Assembly (NCBI GenBank): GCA_046049345.1
Contig: JBJORQ010000003.1
Span: forward strand, 1 to 63,410
Direction of reading: 5' to 3'
From: Pseudomonadota bacterium
Lineage (GTDB): Bacteria > Pseudomonadota > Gammaproteobacteria > Burkholderiales > Gallionellaceae
Length of the DNA: 63,410 nt
The position numbers and the translations under genes were made by a program. Below the pieces are notes generated by a model that was not told where the DNA came from, searched no databases, and saw only the letters and a list, made by a program, of their open reading frames with translations. Every line of letters starts with the position of its first letter. Positions within the stretch are counted from its first letter, which is position 1. Below, in pieces: positions 41,877 through 53,501 of the stretch.

Positions 41877-44800
41877 TTACTGCCCCGCCAAAAAACCTTT
41901 GATTCTTGCCAGCAAATCATCTTCTTGATACGGCTTACCGAGGTAGGCATTTACGCCGAGTTGCATCGCATGTTCGCGGTGTTTATCAGCGGTACGCGAG
42001 GTAATCATAATGATAGGAATATCCTTAGTTGCGCTGGTACGACGCACTTCTTTGGTTAATTCAAAGCCATCCATACGCGGCATTTCCACATCCACCAACA
42101 TCACGGCAGGCTTAATGTCGCGCAACTGTTCCAAGGCATCCACGCCGTCTTTAGCGGTGACTACTTCGTAACCTGAACGGGTCAGCAAACGCGTGGTGAT
42201 TTTGCGCACTGTGAGCGAATCATCAACCACCATCACCAACGGTTTAGTCACCAGCACAGACGGAATTGCCGCTGAACGCGCTTGATGCGGATGTCGGCGT
42301 TGCATTTGCAGCGGATTCAAAATCAATACCACTGACCCATCACCGCGCACTGTCGCCCCCGCAATCCCCGCTAAACGCGACAATTGCGGGCCGATATTTT
42401 TCACCACGGCTTCGTGCTTACCGAGCAACTCATCCACATGTAAGGCCATCACATTCGCGCCGCTCTTGAGTAGCAATACGGTGTTGCGCGCTTGCGCAAC
42501 CGCAGCAGGATGCTGCTCATCCAGCAACGATGATAAGTATTGCAGCGGATATGCCCCCCCTTGCCAGAGCATCTGATTGGCTTGATATAAGGCTTCCATA
42601 TCCGCCGCTTTAACTTGGCGAACTTGCGTCACTAATGCCGCTGGGATGGCGTAACTCGCCTCATGGCAGCGCACGATTAACACCTGCGTCACCGCCAAAG
42701 TCAGCGGCAAGTGAATAATGAACTGCGTGCCTAAACCACGACTAGATTGCACGTCTATGCGTCCACCCAAGGCGGTAATTTCACTGCGCACCACATCCAT
42801 CCCAATGCCGCGCCCCGCTATCTCCGTGACTTCGCTGGCGGTGGTCATGCCTGACATAAAAATCAACTGGGTCAGCTCGGCTTCCGAACTCACGTCCTGC
42901 TCTGTTAGCAAGCCTTGCGCAATCGCTTTGGCGCGCAAGGCAGCGAAATCTAAGCCCGCGCCGTCATCGCTTAAGGTAAACACCACCTCATTATTTTCTT
43001 GACTCACAACCAAGCGAATATCACCAAAGGGGGCTTTGCCCGCTTGCTCGCGCAGCAGCTCGTTTTCCAAGCCATGTGCAATCGCGTTACGCAACAAATG
43101 TTCAAACGGCGCGGTCATTTTTTCCAATACGCTGCGGTCGATTTCTACGTTTGTCCCTATCAAATCCAAGTTGGCGCGTTTACCCAACTGCTTGCTGGTC
43201 TGACGCACGATGCGATACAGCCGATCGTTGATACTGTTGAACGGCACCATGCGAATGTTCATCAAGCTTTGTTGTAGCTCGCGATTCAAGCGCGCTTGCG
43301 CAGACATCGCCGCAGCGGTCTCATCCAAGTTTTTCAACAACGCTTGCTGCACGGTTTGCACGTCATGCACGCTTTCATTTAAGAAACGTGTCAACTCTTG
43401 CAAGCGCGTAAATCGATCAAATTCGAGTGGGTCGAATTGCTCCGCGCTGTCTTGCGCCAAGTTGACCCGCGCTTGCATTTGACTTTCCGCTTGTATCTCC
43501 ACTTCGCGCACTTGCTTACGCAGCCGCGTCACGCTACTGGTCAATTCCAACAAGCCATCTTTGAACGCGCGCAGCTCGGTTTCCATGCGTGAACGCGCCA
43601 CACTAATTTCACTCGCCTCATTGACCATACGATCCAATACGTCGGCGCGTACACGCAACATATTGGCTTGCAAAGCGCGCTCCGCCCCCACGTCCAAAAC
43701 GGCGGGAGCCAAACTAACAGGCAGCGCGCCGTCCAGATTTGGTACCTCCGATGCTGTCGTGATGGCGGGCTTACCCGTGCGTAATTCTTCTAGTAACGCA
43801 CTGATGTAGTCGTAATCTTGCTCGAGCACATCCCAATAATTCGCGTCGTGTTTCAGGCCTGCGGCGAGCAGAACTTTGTCTTCCATTTTGTGCGCCACAT
43901 CACCGATGCGCATCGCTCCCGCCATCCGCGCGCTGCCCTTGGCGGTGTGCAGTAAACGATTGAGTAAATGCAGCGGTTCAGCGATGTCGGGTTGCGCACG
44001 CCAGTCGCGCAATGCCGTGCCAATTTTTGGAATCAGCTCATCCGCCTCTTCCAAGAAAATCGGCAACAACTGAGCATCAATCTCATCATGCACTTGCGGC
44101 GCGTTAATCTCCGCAATCGGCATCATCGCAACAGGCACAGCAAAAACAACGGCAGCGGACGGCACTAAGGCTTTGAGTTTTTCTTTGTCGGCCTGTAAGG
44201 CTTGCACCAACTCAGGTGCGGCATCGGGATAGTCTTTAGCCGCAACTTGATCAACCATCACCGCGAGGCGACTAATGCTTTGTTCGATAAGCTGTCGTTG
44301 CGCGGGCAGGAGGTCGAAGGCATGCTCCATACGAATTAACAACCACGCTTCTAAAGCGACGGCCAGCTCGATGATGGGCGTAAAGCCCATCGCACGATTC
44401 ACTCCCACGATGGTGTGCGCCGCACGCATAAAGTCATATTCGATATGCGCTTCATCCAAAGTCAGTAAGTTGGCGAACTGATTACGCAGATTAGCGATGT
44501 TCTGTTTGGACTCTTCCGAACCAATCGTGAACAAGGTCGGCGAGACACTGACCGAGCCAATTTTGATATTTTCCAACTCAGCCGCAGCCTCGCTAGGTGC
44601 CGCGCTTTCATCTGCCGCGCCCCGCTCACCGCTTTCCAACTGTGCCGCAAGCTGATTCAACTGCTGCGCCACAATGCGCGCCGCGCCATTTTTCTTGATG
44701 CTAGCAATCCAACTCGTAAAATCAACAATCGCCAATGCCACCATTTTGAATACCAAGGTGGTATCGGCATCGTCCGACTTGAGCCAGCCATTCATGGCGC

Positions 44801-47213
44801 GCTCAACGTTCCATGCGACCTCGCCTAACTTGGTTAGCCCGACCATCCGTCCGCTGCCCTTCAAGGTGTGGAAGCTGCGACGGATGTTGACGAAAATGGC
44901 GCGGTCGTGCGGCTGAGCCTGTGCTTGCGCTAAAAATGCCTGCAAGTTTTGCAGTACCTCGGTGGCTTCTTCTAAGAAGATTTCGAGAATTTCCAACTCC
45001 AGATTTTCACTGGTTTGCATCACGCCGTCGTTCCCCGCACTGCTGCTGTTGGCTGGCACATCGCTGAGTACAGCAGGGGCGGCAACGCTAGGTGCGTGTG
45101 GATTTTCAATCTGCGCTGCGAGTTGATTGAGTTCATCGGCAACCAAATTGACGCGCTCAGATTTTTGTAACTGCTTAACCCAAGTGCCGAATTGGGCAAT
45201 CGCACAAGCCAGCATCGCGCTCAATTGCGCCGTCACGGGCTGAGCTTCTTTGAGCCAAACATTCATCGCGCGCTCGACATTCCATGCCACGTCACCCAAG
45301 CCCAATAGTCCCACCATACGACCACTGCCTTTGAGCGTATGGAAGCCACGGCGGATGGTCACCAAATAGCTAGGGTCATCAGGGTGCAACTGACTAAGCT
45401 CCAGATTTTCTTGCAAGATCGCGAGTACCTCATGCGCTTCTTCCAAGAAGATTTCCAACAGTTCGGCATCTTCAGTTCTGTTGCTGCTTAACTCCGTCAC
45501 CAACAAAGTGGGCACTAAGGTTGCCGTATCAGGCAGCAGAGCGGCGTGTTGACGCAGTCCTTGCGAGGCACTCAGCAACGCCGCGCTATGGGCTGGACTG
45601 CTTTCGCTCAATGCTAAACAGTAATTTTCTAACGTGCTCACGGCAATCGCTAGCGCACGACTTTCAGGCAAACTCAACTCGCTAGGACGCTGCACGATAG
45701 TTTCTACTGCAAGACGCAAATCTTGGCTCAGTTGAATCGCCGCTGCCTCGCCCACCATCGTCATCGCACCCGCCACTTGTGCAAGCAAACCTGACAATTT
45801 CGTCACACCCTCGCACTGCTCAGCATCGTCAAACAGCACCGTTAAAATTGTTTCTGCCGCGTGCAAGTTATCGCGCAAGGCTTTAACCAAAGGCAACCAA
45901 GCATCACGCATCATGTTGTGACTGAACAGCTCAGCAAAATGCAACAGCTGCGCATCACTTAAACTTCTACCTTGACGCGCCGCTTCCATATCCGCCATGA
46001 GCAAAGTCGCTTGCTCAGAAAAATCACCCTCTAAACGACGATAGTCACGCACCGCACGCTGTAAACCCAGCATGGCAACCGCCAAACTCAGCGGCAAATA
46101 AGGGTCTTCAGAAGCAATTGTTAACTTCCCCGCATAGTCCGCTAGCGTATTGGCGAGCAACTTAATCGCTTCGTTATCCAGCAACTGACAATACTGCGCA
46201 ATTAAAGTGAGCTGCGCCTTATACGCAGTTAGTGCCTCGGTATCACCTGCGACCGCCTGCTCTAGCTTTTCTTCCGCCGCTTGTAATTGCTCGGTAATGA
46301 CCAACAAGCGTTTGCTAAGTTGCGCGGGGGCGAGGCTATTCGCGAGCGGCAAATAAGCAGCCAAATCATAAACACGGTTAATCGCTGCGCCACTCGGTGT
46401 TTGCGTAGCGCGCCCTAACACATACAACATCTGATTCAGCGCGGGCTGCTCCTCAAAGGCGCGCGCTTCAATCAAAGCACGCATTTGCTGGTCGATACGA
46501 CCTAGCAAGCGCGGCACATGTAGCTCATCACCTTGTTCGCCAGCCAGTAAACAGTCGAAGAAACCGTGTATCACCCACCAATAGCCGCGTGCTGAATCGG
46601 CCGGTAACGCGCTCAAAATTTTGCCTGCGGCTTGCTGCATTTCTTGTAAAGCGAGTGCTGGTTCGAGATGACGTAAATAGCGTGCTAAGGCTTGCTGGTA
46701 TTGAGCGCGCGCCGCACGGAGCTGTGCGCCACTGTCCGCCACCATCGCCTCAGACAAGACGCTTTCAGGTAGCGTAACTTGCGTGTCCGGGAAGAATAAA
46801 TCTTGCTCGAAAGACATTTCCAAGCCGCGTAAATGTTGCAGTTTTTGGTAGGCAGGAAACAGACGCAAGGTGGTGTTATCCGCGCCTTCTTGAAGGTCGC
46901 TCAAGTGTTCACGCAGGTTTTGCAAGGCTTCAGAAAAAATCTCGTTGTGTAATTGCGTAGCCTGTGCGGGACGTACGGCGAGCTCAACCAGACTGTGCTC
47001 TAACTCCGCGCAATACACCGCCAAGCCCGGCATATCGACCATCTTGAAGACTCCAACCAAGCGTTTGGTTTCGGCGATGGCCAGTTGCATCGCGGCAGCT
47101 TGCCCCGCAGGGTGTGGGAAGAACAGTGCCATTTGCACTTTGATAGCGTTTAAAGCCGCATCAATGCCAGGCTTGACAACCGCCAGCGCGGCTTGAGTAG
47201 TAGCGTTGTTCAT
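41877..47213 (-). CDS. chpA: Chemosensory pili system CheA-like hybrid kinase (multiple Hpt, HATPase, CheW, receiver)
   Basis: Hpt motifs FHTLKGSGRMVG (x2), AHTIVG and LHTAKGSARMAG; EHLLRNAIAHG; GRGIGMDVV; C-terminal receiver VDDS. Confidence 0.92.
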   Translation of the reverse strand: MNNATTQAALAVVKPGIDAALNAIKVQMALFFPHPAGQAAAMQLAIAETKRLVGVFKMVDMPGLAVYCAELEHSLVELAVRPAQATQLHNEIFSEALQNLREHLSDLQEGADNTTLRLFPAYQKLQHLRGLEMSFEQDLFFPDTQVTLPESVLSEAMVADSGAQLRAARAQYQQALARYLRHLEPALALQEMQQAAGKILSALPADSARGYWWVIHGFFDCLLAGEQGDELHVPRLLGRIDQQMRALIEARAFEEQPALNQMLYVLGRATQTPSGAAINRVYDLAAYLPLANSLAPAQLSKRLLVITEQLQAAEEKLEQAVAGDTEALTAYKAQLTLIAQYCQLLDNEAIKLLANTLADYAGKLTIASEDPYLPLSLAVAMLGLQRAVRDYRRLEGDFSEQATLLMADMEAARQGRSLSDAQLLHFAELFSHNMMRDAWLPLVKALRDNLHAAETILTVLFDDAEQCEGVTKLSGLLAQVAGAMTMVGEAAAIQLSQDLRLAVETIVQRPSELSLPESRALAIAVSTLENYCLALSESSPAHSAALLSASQGLRQHAALLPDTATLVPTLLVTELSSNRTEDAELLEIFLEEAHEVLAILQENLELSQLHPDDPSYLVTIRRGFHTLKGSGRMVGLLGLGDVAWNVERAMNVWLKEAQPVTAQLSAMLACAIAQFGTWVKQLQKSERVNLVADELNQLAAQIENPHAPSVAAPAVLSDVPANSSSAGNDGVMQTSENLELEILEIFLEEATEVLQNLQAFLAQAQAQPHDRAIFVNIRRSFHTLKGSGRMVGLTKLGEVAWNVERAMNGWLKSDDADTTLVFKMVALAIVDFTSWIASIKKNGAARIVAQQLNQLAAQLESGERGAADESAAPSEAAAELENIKIGSVSVSPTLFTIGSEESKQNIANLRNQFANLLTLDEAHIEYDFMRAAHTIVGVNRAMGFTPIIELAVALEAWLLIRMEHAFDLLPAQRQLIEQSISRLAVMVDQVAAKDYPDAAPELVQALQADKEKLKALVPSAAVVFAVPVAMMPIAEINAPQVHDEIDAQLLPIFLEEADELIPKIGTALRDWRAQPDIAEPLHLLNRLLHTAKGSARMAGAMRIGDVAHKMEDKVLLAAGLKHDANYWDVLEQDYDYISALLEELRTGKPAITTASEVPNLDGALPVSLAPAVLDVGAERALQANMLRVRADVLDRMVNEASEISVARSRMETELRAFKDGLLELTSSVTRLRKQVREVEIQAESQMQARVNLAQDSAEQFDPLEFDRFTRLQELTRFLNESVHDVQTVQQALLKNLDETAAAMSAQARLNRELQQSLMNIRMVPFNSINDRLYRIVRQTSKQLGKRANLDLIGTNVEIDRSVLEKMTAPFEHLLRNAIAHGLENELLREQAGKAPFGDIRLVVSQENNEVVFTLSDDGAGLDFAALRAKAIAQGLLTEQDVSSEAELTQLIFMSGMTTASEVTEIAGRGIGMDVVRSEITALGGRIDVQSSRGLGTQFIIHLPLTLAVTQVLIVRCHEASYAIPAALVTQVRQVKAADMEALYQANQMLWQGGAYPLQYLSSLLDEQHPAAVAQARNTVLLLKSGANVMALHVDELLGKHEAVVKNIGPQLSRLAGIAGATVRGDGSVVLILNPLQMQRRHPHQARSAAIPSVLVTKPLVMVVDDSLTVRKITTRLLTRSGYEVVTAKDGVDALEQLRDIKPAVMLVDVEMPRMDGFELTKEVRRTSATKDIPIIMITSRTADKHREHAMQLGVNAYLGKPYQEDDLLARIKGFLAGQ

Positions 47214-47229
47214 GGTTTTGCCCTGAGGG

Positions 47230-49212
47230 TTACTCGACCTTAAAGCCCGCAACTGACGCGGAAAGTTCGCCAGCCAAGGTGTTCAATTGAGCAACCGATA
47301 CGGCTGTTTGACGTGTCCCTTCAGCGGTCTGAGCTGAAATCACCAGAATCTCCTGCATCACGCTAGACACCTCGCCCACCATGTCGGTTTGCACTTGGGT
47401 GGTCACAGAAATACTGTTAATCAAGGCGGCCAGTTCTTTAGAAACGCTTTGAATTTCTGACAGCGATTGACCCGCCGCATCCGCGAGACGCGCCCCATCG
47501 ACCACCCCGATGGTACTTTTTTCCATCGCCGCCACCGCGTCGTAGGTATCGCTTTGAATGGTTTTAACCAGCGCACCAATCTGCTTGGTCGCCTCGGCGG
47601 AGCGTTCCGCCAAGCGTTGCACCTCTTCCGCCACCACCGAGAAGCCTCGTCCTGCTTCACCTGCCGAGGCGGCTTGAATCGCCGCGTTCAACGCCAACAC
47701 GTTGGTTTGTTCGGTAATGTCCGAAATCAAATCGACGATTTCACCAATTTCTTGCGAGCTTTCACCCAGTCGTTTAATTCGTTTCGCGGTTTCTTGAATC
47801 TGTTCACGAATCCCGTCCATCCCCGTAATCGCATTCCGCACCGCCAGCGCACCTTGCTCGGAGGCTGCCAAGGTTTGCTTACCCACTTGGGTTGCCTTAG
47901 TCGCAGAAATATCAACCTCCTGAATCGACTTCGCCATCAATTGCACCGACTCTTCCGCATCTTGAATTTCATGTGTTTGCTTTTGTCCCGCCGCCAACAA
48001 ACGCTTAGAAATACTGTCCGCTTGTTGGGTAGCTTCCCCCATTTTCAAGGCGGCTGTGGTAATCCCCTGCACCAGCTTGCGCAATTCTTCAGCGGTGTAA
48101 TTCACCGAATCGGCAATCGCACCGGTAATTTGCTCCGACACCGTGGCGCGAACCGTTAAATCACCATCTGCCAAATCGCTCAATTCATTCATCAACAATA
48201 AAATCGCAGCTTGGTTGGTTTGGTTAATCGCACGCTCACGCGTCGCTTGACTTTGCACCTCGGCAAAATAAACACGCACCACCAAAATCAACAACAACAA
48301 GGTCAGCACAGCAAACACAAAAGCGGCAATGGTCAGCGTTTTGGTTAACAAACTCGCTTGATACAGGCCACGCAATTCCTGACTTTGCTTAATTAAACTA
48401 TTGGCATTTTTTTCGATTGCCTGCAAGGCAGACTTCGCTTCCACCAAATGACGCGCTTGCCCAACCAAGGTTTCTACCGCGCTCTTATACGGATCAAACA
48501 ACTCCGTAACCCGCTGCACCACAGGATCAGCGGCAGGCATTCCCATCAAGGCGTTATCAGCGCTATAGGTGTCGAGACCCAATTGCGCCATTTGCTCCAT
48601 GCTCACGCTAGAGTTCTGCAAGTTCGCCGCATCGCGGGCAATTTGCACCACAGACAATTGAAATTTTGTGGCGAGATCAGCGTTCACATTGCTTTTCAAT
48701 TGTTCCTGCAACTGACGGAACTCCACATCACCTAAGTTAATCGCTTCCAAAGAGCGCGACAGCGTCACCAAGGCGGGACGCGCCTCGGCAATCAAAGCCG
48801 CATCCGTTTCAATTTTGCTCGCGGTTTGCAAGGCTTCATCCAGCACCACACGCGGACGACCAAAGGTCGCCGCCATCCCAGCCTGACCTTTATCCAACAT
48901 CAACAAACTCTCGCTTAAGGTGGCACGCGCTTTATCCAGTTCATCAAAAGCCACGCTTTGACCTGTCACCGCAATTTTTGCATTGGCATTCAGTCGCTCG
49001 GTAAACAACTCAATATCGGTTGCAATCAAGGCGTAAGCGGTAATGCGGTTCGTACCCCGATTCGCAAAATATCCCGTCACCAACGTGACTAACAGACTTA
49101 AAAATAAGGCACTCACCAACAGCTTCAGTCCTTTAGCACCCGATAAGCGACTAAACAGCGGGATAGATTCGCCAATTTTTTTAAGTATTTTCTTGAATGC
49201 GATGCTAGCCAT
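47230..49212 (-). CDS. pilJ: Methyl-accepting chemotaxis protein PilJ
   Basis: [43 protein letters not shown]; pilGHIJ-chpA order. Confidence 0.9.
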   Translation of the reverse strand: MASIAFKKILKKIGESIPLFSRLSGAKGLKLLVSALFLSLLVTLVTGYFANRGTNRITAYALIATDIELFTERLNANAKIAVTGQSVAFDELDKARATLSESLLMLDKGQAGMAATFGRPRVVLDEALQTASKIETDAALIAEARPALVTLSRSLEAINLGDVEFRQLQEQLKSNVNADLATKFQLSVVQIARDAANLQNSSVSMEQMAQLGLDTYSADNALMGMPAADPVVQRVTELFDPYKSAVETLVGQARHLVEAKSALQAIEKNANSLIKQSQELRGLYQASLLTKTLTIAAFVFAVLTLLLLILVVRVYFAEVQSQATRERAINQTNQAAILLLMNELSDLADGDLTVRATVSEQITGAIADSVNYTAEELRKLVQGITTAALKMGEATQQADSISKRLLAAGQKQTHEIQDAEESVQLMAKSIQEVDISATKATQVGKQTLAASEQGALAVRNAITGMDGIREQIQETAKRIKRLGESSQEIGEIVDLISDITEQTNVLALNAAIQAASAGEAGRGFSVVAEEVQRLAERSAEATKQIGALVKTIQSDTYDAVAAMEKSTIGVVDGARLADAAGQSLSEIQSVSKELAALINSISVTTQVQTDMVGEVSSVMQEILVISAQTAEGTRQTAVSVAQLNTLAGELSASVAGFKVE

Positions 49213-49233
49213 GACCACTCTCCCTGAACGCAA

Positions 49234-49716
49234 TTACGCGCCTATTTGTATAAATTCTGGCTGCTGCAACAAGCCCACTACATCAAGCTTGCGCCACACC
49301 ACATTGTGTTCATCCACCAACTGATCGTGTTCAGCACGGAAGGCGCGCGCATCGCGCAGCCCCAACACTCGATCAACTAATAATGCCGCGTTAAAACCAA
49401 AGCGTTCCGCCACCAACAACAAACGATTCTCAGTACCCCGCACCGTCTTACCAAGTTGCAAATAGCTCGCCATATCGCTGATGCAATACAACACACCCCG
49501 CACATTGGTCATCCCCACCACCCAAGGCTTAGCTAGCGGAATGCTCGTCACGCTATAACGCTCAAACACCTCACTAATGTCAGCCATTTCGACCAAACAA
49601 TGCTGCCCTGCAATCATCACGGCCAATGTCGTGATTTGTTGCGTGCCACTCGCGCGGCTGGAGATGCGTTCGTTGAGACCTTGCTGGAATTCACGCAGAT
49701 TGATTCGAAGTGCCAT
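49234..49716 (-). CDS. pilI: CheW-like protein PilI
   Basis: LREFQ, PWVVGMTNVRG, ALLVDRVLG. Confidence 0.85.
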   Translation of the reverse strand: MALRINLREFQQGLNERISSRASGTQQITTLAVMIAGQHCLVEMADISEVFERYSVTSIPLAKPWVVGMTNVRGVLYCISDMASYLQLGKTVRGTENRLLLVAERFGFNAALLVDRVLGLRDARAFRAEHDQLVDEHNVVWRKLDVVGLLQQPEFIQIGA

Positions 49717-49726
49717 GGTTTATGGA

Positions 49727-50092
49727 CTAAGCAAGTGCGGCAATTTTGCCAAGCAATTCAGCACCGTTAACAGGCTTGACCACATAGTCTTTTGCACCTT
49801 GGCGCAAGCCCCACACGCGATCAGTTTCCTGATCTTTGGTGGTACACAAAATCACGGGGATATGGGTCGTAGCAGGGTCCTTGAAAATCGCACGGGTGGC
49901 TTGAAAGCCATTCAAACCGGGCATCACAACGTCCATCACGATTAAGTCGGGTAAATCAATTTTGGCTTGTGCCACCGCATGTTCACCATCTTCAATCACG
50001 ATGACTTGGAAGCCGGCTTTAGTGAGGATTTCACCAATCAAATGACGCTCGGTTGCCGAGTCGTCCACCAACATAATTTTCTTAATAGCCAT
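49727..50092 (-). CDS. pilH: Response regulator PilH
   Basis: VDDSATE, DVVMPGLNGFQATR, KDQETDRVWGLRQGA. Confidence 0.92.
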   Translation of the reverse strand: MAIKKIMLVDDSATERHLIGEILTKAGFQVIVIEDGEHAVAQAKIDLPDLIVMDVVMPGLNGFQATRAIFKDPATTHIPVILCTTKDQETDRVWGLRQGAKDYVVKPVNGAELLGKIAALA

Positions 50093-50492
50093 AATTCATT
50101 TCCTCTTTACGGGTGTGCATCAGCACGGTTTCGACAATGTTTTGTTTGTTAAATGGCTTGATGAGATATTGATCTGAGCCCACCAGCTTGCCGCGCGCGC
50201 GGTCAAACAAGGTGTCTTTACTGGTCAACATCACCACGGGAATATGCTTGAACTGCGGGTTGTTTTTAATCAGCGCGCAGGCCTGATAACCATCTAGACG
50301 CGGCATCATCACGTCGATAAAAATCAAATGCGGCTGATGCTCAACCACTTTAGACAAACCATCAAAACCATCTTCAGCCAAAGCGACTTCGCAGCCCGCT
50401 TGCTTCAAGAAAATTTCGCCGCTGCGGCGGATGGTGTTGCTGTCGTCTATCAGCACAACTTTAATGCCTGCTAAAGGCTGTTCTTCACTCAC
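50082..50492 (-). CDS. pilG: Response regulator PilG
   Basis: IDDSNTIRRS, DVMMPRLDGYQACALIK, FDRARG; GTG start. Confidence 0.92.
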   Translation of the reverse strand: MSEEQPLAGIKVVLIDDSNTIRRSGEIFLKQAGCEVALAEDGFDGLSKVVEHQPHLIFIDVMMPRLDGYQACALIKNNPQFKHIPVVMLTSKDTLFDRARGKLVGSDQYLIKPFNKQNIVETVLMHTRKEEMNYGY

Positions 50493-50590
50493 TTTGAGCT
50501 CCTCAATGTGCTGCGCACACTTGTTATGACTGACTTAAAAATTAAGCCCTGATAGTAGCCGACTTCATGAGATTTTGTCATACCCATTCA

Positions 50591-50629
50591 CTTTTCCGAA
50601 TGACAGACGGAGACTGTCATTCGGAAAAG
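50591..50629. terminator. 16-bp perfect hairpin just after trkH (probable terminator)
   Basis: CTTTTCCGAATGACAG-N7-CTGTCATTCGGAAAAG. Confidence 0.65.
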
Positions 50630-50635
50630 CGCGTT

Positions 50636-52093
50636 TTAATGCCGCCAAAACTGCGGGGTAAATAAAATCAATACAGTAAAGATTTCCAAGCGTCCTACCA
50701 ACATTGCGGTGGTACATACCCACGTTTGAAAGTCATTAAGCACGCCAAAGTTACTAGCGGGTCCAACCACGCCTAAGCCAGGGCCTGCGTTATTAATGCA
50801 GGCGATGATGGCGGAGAAGGCCGAAATAAAATCCAGCCCGCTCATCAGCAAAGCGAAGGTCAGCGTAACCACGGTCATAAAGTACAAAAAGATAAAGCCC
50901 AGCACCGCAAACACCACGTTATTTGGGATGACCGCGCCACCAATTTTCATCGGATTCACCGCCGCTGGATGCAGCAATTTGTGTAGTTCACGTCCACCTT
51001 GTTTGAACAAAATCAGCGTGCGTACCATTTTGATCCCGCCGCCCGTCGAGCCCGAACTCGCGACCACGCTACTCAACAACAGCATCCACATCGGCGCAAA
51101 AATCGGCCACAAATTAAAGTCTTGACTGGCAAAACCACAATCGGTCGCCACTGAAACCAAGTTAAAGCTGGCGTGGCGCAAGGCTGTCCAAAAACTTGGG
51201 TAAGTGCCTTGGTAATACAAAAATGCGCCTATCCCCACACAGCTCAGCAGCACCACTCCCACAGTCGCCAAGCCTTCTTTGTCATGTCCATACGGCTTAA
51301 AAGATTTGCCGCGCCACACCAAAAAATGCGTGGCGAAATTCATCGCAGCTATCAACATAAACACGATAAGTACGGCTTCAATCACGGGCGAATCAAAGTG
51401 TCCGACGCTCGCGTCATAGGTCGAAAATCCACCCAAACCCATTGCCGCGAAAGCATGGCAAATCGCATCCAACCAGTTCATTCCTGCGACTCTCAGCGCG
51501 GCGATACACGCCAAGGTAATCACCAAATACACCAACCATAAATTGCGCGCGGTTTCGGTGATGCGTGGGGTGAGCGCGGCATCTTTCATCGGGCCCGGCG
51601 TTTCGGCTTTGAACAATTGCCGTCCGCCGATGCCGAGCAGCGGCAAGATGGCAACCGCCAACACGATAATTCCCATGCCGCCTAACCAGTTCAGCTCGTG
51701 TCGCCAAATGTTGATGGCGGGCGGCAAATTTTCTAAGCCTGTCAGCACCGTCGCACCCGTGGTGGTCAAACCCGACATGGTTTCAAAATACGCATCAGTA
51801 AATGACAGGTCAGGCAGCACCAGCAGCAAGGGCAGCGTCGCCACCGCAGGCATCGCCGTCCACATCGCGACCACCAACAAATAGCCATGCCGAATCGACA
51901 ATTCGCCGCGATGCCGATACGACACCAGCCACAACACCACGCCGATACTGGCGGTCGCCAACATGGCGTAAATAAAATCTATCGCGGTATTGTCGTGATA
52001 AATCAGCGAAGCCAGAATCGGCATGAGATAGGTGAGGCTAAAAACTGCCAGCATCAGCCCTAAGGCGTGAACTACGGTGAGAGTGCGCTTCAT
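50636..52093 (-). CDS. trkH: Trk potassium uptake membrane protein
   Basis: FETMSGLTTTGAT, WLGGMGIIV, GGFS, GSTGGGIK, NNAGPGL, GRLEIF. Confidence 0.95.
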   Translation of the reverse strand: MKRTLTVVHALGLMLAVFSLTYLMPILASLIYHDNTAIDFIYAMLATASIGVVLWLVSYRHRGELSIRHGYLLVVAMWTAMPAVATLPLLLVLPDLSFTDAYFETMSGLTTTGATVLTGLENLPPAINIWRHELNWLGGMGIIVLAVAILPLLGIGGRQLFKAETPGPMKDAALTPRITETARNLWLVYLVITLACIAALRVAGMNWLDAICHAFAAMGLGGFSTYDASVGHFDSPVIEAVLIVFMLIAAMNFATHFLVWRGKSFKPYGHDKEGLATVGVVLLSCVGIGAFLYYQGTYPSFWTALRHASFNLVSVATDCGFASQDFNLWPIFAPMWMLLLSSVVASSGSTGGGIKMVRTLILFKQGGRELHKLLHPAAVNPMKIGGAVIPNNVVFAVLGFIFLYFMTVVTLTFALLMSGLDFISAFSAIIACINNAGPGLGVVGPASNFGVLNDFQTWVCTTAMLVGRLEIFTVLILFTPQFWRH

Positions 52094-53466
52094 CAGAAAA
52101 AGCCCAGATTCACTTGGAATAATTTCTCGACTTTACCCACCATTTTTTTGTCGATGACAAACACGATGACGTGATCTTCGGCTTCGATGACTACGTCGTG
52201 ATGACCGATGATGACTTCCTCGCGGCGCACTAATGCGCCGATAGTTGCACCACGCGGCAACTCGATTTCGTCGATGCGTCGCCCGACGATGCGCGATGAT
52301 TTGCGATCGCCATGCGCGACCAACTCCAAGGCTTCCGCCGCGCCGCGTCGCAACGAATGCACCGCGACGACATCGCCTTGGCGCACATACGCCAACAGCG
52401 AACCGATGGTGACTTGCGCGGGCGACAGCGCGATGTCAATTTTGCCGCCCTGCACCAAATCGACATACGCGCTGCGGTTAATCAGCGCAATCACTTTGCG
52501 CGCGCCGCCTTGTTTTGCCAGCAGCGCAGACATGATGTTGTTCTCGTCATCATTAGTCAGCGCGCAAAACACATCAACTTCATCGACATGCTCTTGCTGC
52601 ATCAATTTCTCGTCCGTACCGTCACCGTTCAACACCAAAGTGTTGCTCAAATCTTCTGCCAATTTAGCGCAGACTTTTTTGCTGAACTCGATGAGTTTGA
52701 CTTGGTAAGTGTTTTCTAATGCCTTCGCCAAGCGTCGTCCGATATTGCCGCCGCCAACAATCATCACCCGCTTGGACGGCTTGTCCATACGGCGCATTTC
52801 GCTCAATACGCTACGGATATTTTTAGTTGCCGCGATAAAGAAAATTTCATCGCCGTCCTCGATAACTGTCGTGCCTTCGGGCGTAATGGCGCGGTCTTTA
52901 CGGAAAATCGCCGCGACACGCGTTTCGACATTGGGCATGTGAGTGCGCATCAAACTTAAGGGCTGCCCCACTAAAGGGCCACCCGCAAAAGCTTTGACGG
53001 CAACTAATTTAATTTTTTTATCGGCGAATTCCAGCACCTGCAAGGCTTCAGGAAACTCGATGAGTTTGGTGATGTAGTCGGTGAGTATTTGTTCAGGGCA
53101 GATGGAGAAATCCACGCAAAAATTATCTTTGCTGAACACTTCGGGACGTTCTAAATACTCGGAGGCGCGGATGCGTGCGATACGCGTCGGGGTGTTGTAC
53201 AAGCTCGCTGCCAGCTTGCACGCCAACATGTTGACCTCGTCGCTTTGTGTCACCGCCAACAACATATCGGTGTCGGCAATGCCTGCATTCTCGAGTACCG
53301 CCGGGTGTGAGGCATTGCCCGTCAAGGTGCGTAAATCCAAGCGATCTTGCAGTTGCTGCAATTTCAAACTATCCGAATCGACCACGGTAATGTCGTTGGC
53401 TTCGCCGACCAAACTTTCCGCTACTGAGGAGCCTACTTGCCCCGCACCCAAAATTAGAATTTTCAC
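52093..53466 (-). CDS. trkA: Trk potassium uptake NAD-binding component
   Basis: Two RCK domains (ILGAGQVG, IVGGGNIG), SLRRGAAEALE; GTG start. Confidence 0.95.
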   Translation of the reverse strand: MKILILGAGQVGSSVAESLVGEANDITVVDSDSLKLQQLQDRLDLRTLTGNASHPAVLENAGIADTDMLLAVTQSDEVNMLACKLAASLYNTPTRIARIRASEYLERPEVFSKDNFCVDFSICPEQILTDYITKLIEFPEALQVLEFADKKIKLVAVKAFAGGPLVGQPLSLMRTHMPNVETRVAAIFRKDRAITPEGTTVIEDGDEIFFIAATKNIRSVLSEMRRMDKPSKRVMIVGGGNIGRRLAKALENTYQVKLIEFSKKVCAKLAEDLSNTLVLNGDGTDEKLMQQEHVDEVDVFCALTNDDENNIMSALLAKQGGARKVIALINRSAYVDLVQGGKIDIALSPAQVTIGSLLAYVRQGDVVAVHSLRRGAAEALELVAHGDRKSSRIVGRRIDEIELPRGATIGALVRREEVIIGHHDVVIEAEDHVIVFVIDKKMVGKVEKLFQVNLGFF

Positions 53467-53501
53467 CGCGTGTCCCTGAAGGTAGTTCTAGTTAGTACGA
53501 C

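Noticed and set aside
41877-50492. Chp/Pil cluster lacking pilK and chpB as a novel system
   Set aside because: The reduced pilGHIJ-chpA layout is common in betaproteobacteria
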